Below, piece after piece: positions 61,150 to 64,000 of a stretch of DNA of 64,000 nucleotides (position 1 is the stretch's first letter; each line of letters begins with the position of its first letter). The notes beneath the pieces are model-generated. The model was not told the origin of the DNA. It searched no databases and saw only the letters and a list, made by a program, of their open reading frames with translations. The stretch covers positions 62,001-126,000 of the forward strand of contig MU008152.1 in NCBI GenBank assembly GCA_010909165.1. Direction: 5' to 3'. This DNA comes from Anthoceros angustus (taxonomy: Eukaryota > Plantae > Anthocerotophyta). Position numbers and translations under genes: made by a program.

Positions 61150-61399
61150 CCCTCGCGCCTCCCCAATCCTGCCCCTTGCTCCGACTCCTCCGCCTCCTCA
61201 CGTCCTCTAACCCGGCCTTGCTACCCGCCAACAAGGTTCAACAATAAAACTTGCTTGGATGTTTTTCCAAAGCACTACTCTACGAAATCCTCCCGGTAAT
61301 GGTTGCCTAAGCACATTCCTTCCAAAAAGTGTGCCACGCTATTCCTAGCGCTACGCCTTCACCTACCTACAAAAGAAAATTGTACTATCACAAGTTAGC

Positions 61400-62109
61400 T
61401 AGGTACTTAAAAACAGTTTCTTAACCCGAGAGTGATCACGGAGCTTACTTGGAGACTTTTAGCTCCAAGATCCGGAATTAAAAATTTTGTGAGCAGCCAT
61501 AATTGTTGAGACCCCACATAACGGTGTTCTTCATCTCCGTGTTTGGATACCAATTCACAATAGAAGCTAGAGAGGAGTGTTAGAAGCGGCTGACTCCGTA
61601 ATGAACCCATGGTCAAGTTTGAAGTGCCTTTCGCAATGTGCAGTTCGCACGACTGTATTGTGATGCGTAAAGAGCGGACATATGTCTATTCCTAGTATTT
61701 CTTTAAGTAACTTATCACTTACCGTGTTTGCAGTATTGGTTGCCATTTGTCCATTATAAGTACTTTTGAAAACTCGTGACTTAGCCTGGTTCCAAATAAG
61801 CCTAACGCCAGGCAAGCCATGCTTGGCTTCAAAGAATGCTGTCGAGGATCCGATGCACGTTGCCTGGGACCCAACCCGAATATGGTGCTGACAACGAACA
61901 GCAGCCGCAGTTTCCCTCTCATCGCCGTTCGCATGGAACGGCACCGTTATCTTGCAGTCGGCCACAATGATATTCTTTTCAGGTAGTCCAAAAGATACTA
62001 CATGGGTAAGATGCCTTATCGTATGCATTGTGAAAGGTACTTGAGTTCTAAGGGTGTCTCTCTCTCTACCACCAGTTTCGCAACGGAGGTACGCTGCAGC
62101 ATCCGGCAA
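61400..62109 (-). other. Unclassified degenerate coding-like sequence, possibly a TE remnant
   Basis: A 180-codon open frame without an upstream ATG continues in a shifted frame. It contains CERH and GLP motifs but no family I can name. Confidence 0.3.
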
Positions 62110-62299
62110 GGGCTAGCAGGGGAAGGCGCGCAAGCATGTGTCGCAATCCTAGGTCCTTAACACGTCACCGAGTGCATACCTACGCCTTCCCGTACCTCAT
62201 GGTTTCATGAGCACGAGATAAAGCCCCAGCTCTATTCTGTCGGTCAAGGCGAAATACATTGATAATCAATATACACGTTGATTGTCACAATCCAATCCC

Positions 62300-62610
62300 C
62301 TGTTGTCGTCGCTGCTTGCATGTGGTTGTGCTAATAACGATGTGAAGGACCTTTTTTGCTTGCCGATGCCGCTGGGAACATGCAGCTCTGCCAATGGCAC
62401 TATCACGGTTTGTAGCTACCCCTCTCCGATGTCACTGCTTGCATGTCGCTCTGCCAACGGTGTTGTGCCAGATCTCCCTTGCTTGCCGATATCACTGCTA
62501 GCAACGAGTTTTGTAACTGATGTTGTGGCTAATCTTGCCCCTTTGTCGATGCCGCTACGAACACCTGGTTTTATTAATGGTACTGTAATGGCTTTTACCC
62601 CTCTCCAATG
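62300..62610. repeat. Five degenerate ~60-bp repeats
   Basis: Units end in ttgccgat, tccgat or gtcgat and start with gtcactgcttgca, gccgctg or similar. The plus frame is open across them. Confidence 0.65.
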
Positions 62611-63488
62611 TCACCATCATCATCTAGGTGACAAGTTGTTCACTGCTTTAGCTGCCCTCCACTTGCACTTCTACCAAATCCTTTGTATTCACACAGTCAG
62701 CTACATCACCTTATCATTTCTCCTTGTCATTGCTAGGTAACCCTACACCAAGCATCGGGCTTCCTTTGTAGCTTTGAGTGTGTCTTCTCAGCAAGCTAAG
62801 AATGTCTCGCACCAATTTGGCATAAAAATAGTTATGAAACTTAATGACGATTTCTATAGAGTTGCGTGAAGCTGCTGTTGCGTCATCGTTTTACAAGCAT
62901 TCTTCTCTATCTAGCTGCGGTTCTCAATTTGGTTATTTCCCCCTCGCTTGATTCATCCTGCTAGCTTGGATTATGTACTAGCCTCCATTTGGCTTGTTCT
63001 TTCAGCTTCTTTTGCTTAAACAACTCGGAAATTAATATTTCAATATTAGAAATAATTGCTCCTATATTATGGCCCAATAGTGGGTGGCATAACACTTATT
63101 CAAATTGTTTGTGTGGTGCCCCTAGCCTCTTCACAAGCACCCACACTTTTGGTAACAAAGGGGAAACCTGGATCAAACCGCCCATTCCCGAAGGCAAGAT
63201 GAAACCAAAAGCAAGCTTTAAATAGGAACCGACCTTTGCGTTGCCCATGGATTTAGCAACCAAGCCTTGCATATTGTGCGTGGATAGGGATGTCGCATGA
63301 GGCAAGCATTTGCATTCATGTAAGCACTTCCTCAACAGACAACCAAGCAAAACAAATTTAATACGCAAATATAAGTGCAAACCAATAGCAATAGGAGAGA
63401 GTAGCTCACACATCGTGGTACAAACACACTCTCTCCACGAGAACAACACGCAAATTTCTCACATCGCTCTCGGAGCCATAGCTTTGGC

Positions 63489-63636
63489 CTCCTCACAACA
63501 CTCTTGCGTTGCATATCTAGAGGGCCTCCTCACAACACTCTTGAATTGCATATCTACAGGCTCTCCTCACAACACTCTTGCATTGCATATCTAGAGGGTC
63601 TCCTCACAACAATCTTGCATTGCATATCTAGAGAAT
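63489..63636. repeat. 37-bp minisatellite, four copies
   Basis: ctcctcacaacactcttgc.ttgcatatctagaggg. runs head-to-tail at 63489, 63526, 63563 and 63600, with no spacers. Confidence 0.95.
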
Positions 63637-64000
63637 GATATGAGCTTGTCCTTTGTGAAAGGGTCTATATATACTAGCCCTTGGCATCGGCATATTCCTA
63701 AGATATCATATTGGCATCAGTATATACCAAAAATATCCTAAAAATACACTATAATATGCAAGGAATATGCTAAAGCATATTACTTGTGCTTATCCACTTA
63801 GCTATTGTTAACCATGTTTAATTACCATTAATCAATGCTTAATTAACATAAGCGCTTTAGCATTTGCGCGATATGCATTTGAATTATGGATGCTTCTAAC
63901 ATGTAGCTTAAGTAGTGGCTCTCATTACGCCTTTGCAATTGGACCCGTGTTAGTATGGAACATTAGATAATTTAACCATAGGTTGGGATCTTGGTTTTAT

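Noticed and set aside
60580-61299. 239-aa plus-strand ORF
   Set aside because: Antisense shadow of the GC3-rich GID8 coding sequence; no motifs of its own.
63489-63636. 37-bp repeats of CRISPR-like length
   Set aside because: Units are head-to-tail with no spacers, there are no cas genes, and the context is eukaryotic. It is a minisatellite.

Overview
Eukaryotic, intron-rich land-plant genomic DNA. Short introns, GC-rich codons and PLS-type PPR debris suggest a non-seed plant such as a hornwort or lycophyte; this is inference. Positions 1-35 kb hold a rapidly evolving array of malectin-like-domain/GDPC/LRR receptor-like kinases (LRR-I type). It contains one edge-truncated copy, three complete copies with canonical kinase motifs, one complete 15-exon copy whose kinase has lost the catalytic residues (HRD to HGR, DFG to GFQ; pseudokinase), and at least four broken fragments. 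A secreted A1 aspartic protease sits head-to-head with the first RLK, and the RLK+protease unit has a collapsed, deleted duplicate. The array is interrupted by a nested TE island (TIR element, Ty1/copia remnant) and PPR debris. Five copies of CRE-like (restriction-like-endonuclease) non-LTR retrotransposons from two families are scattered across the window, one with an 11-bp target-site duplication. Positions 39-61 kb hold conserved genes: METTL13, ANGUSTIFOLIA, a group I WRKY, a 2H cyclic phosphodiesterase and an intronless GID8. There is also an orphan G-box-containing locus and several mini/microsatellites. Gene models were built by eye from splice signals and motif continuity; no database searches were run.
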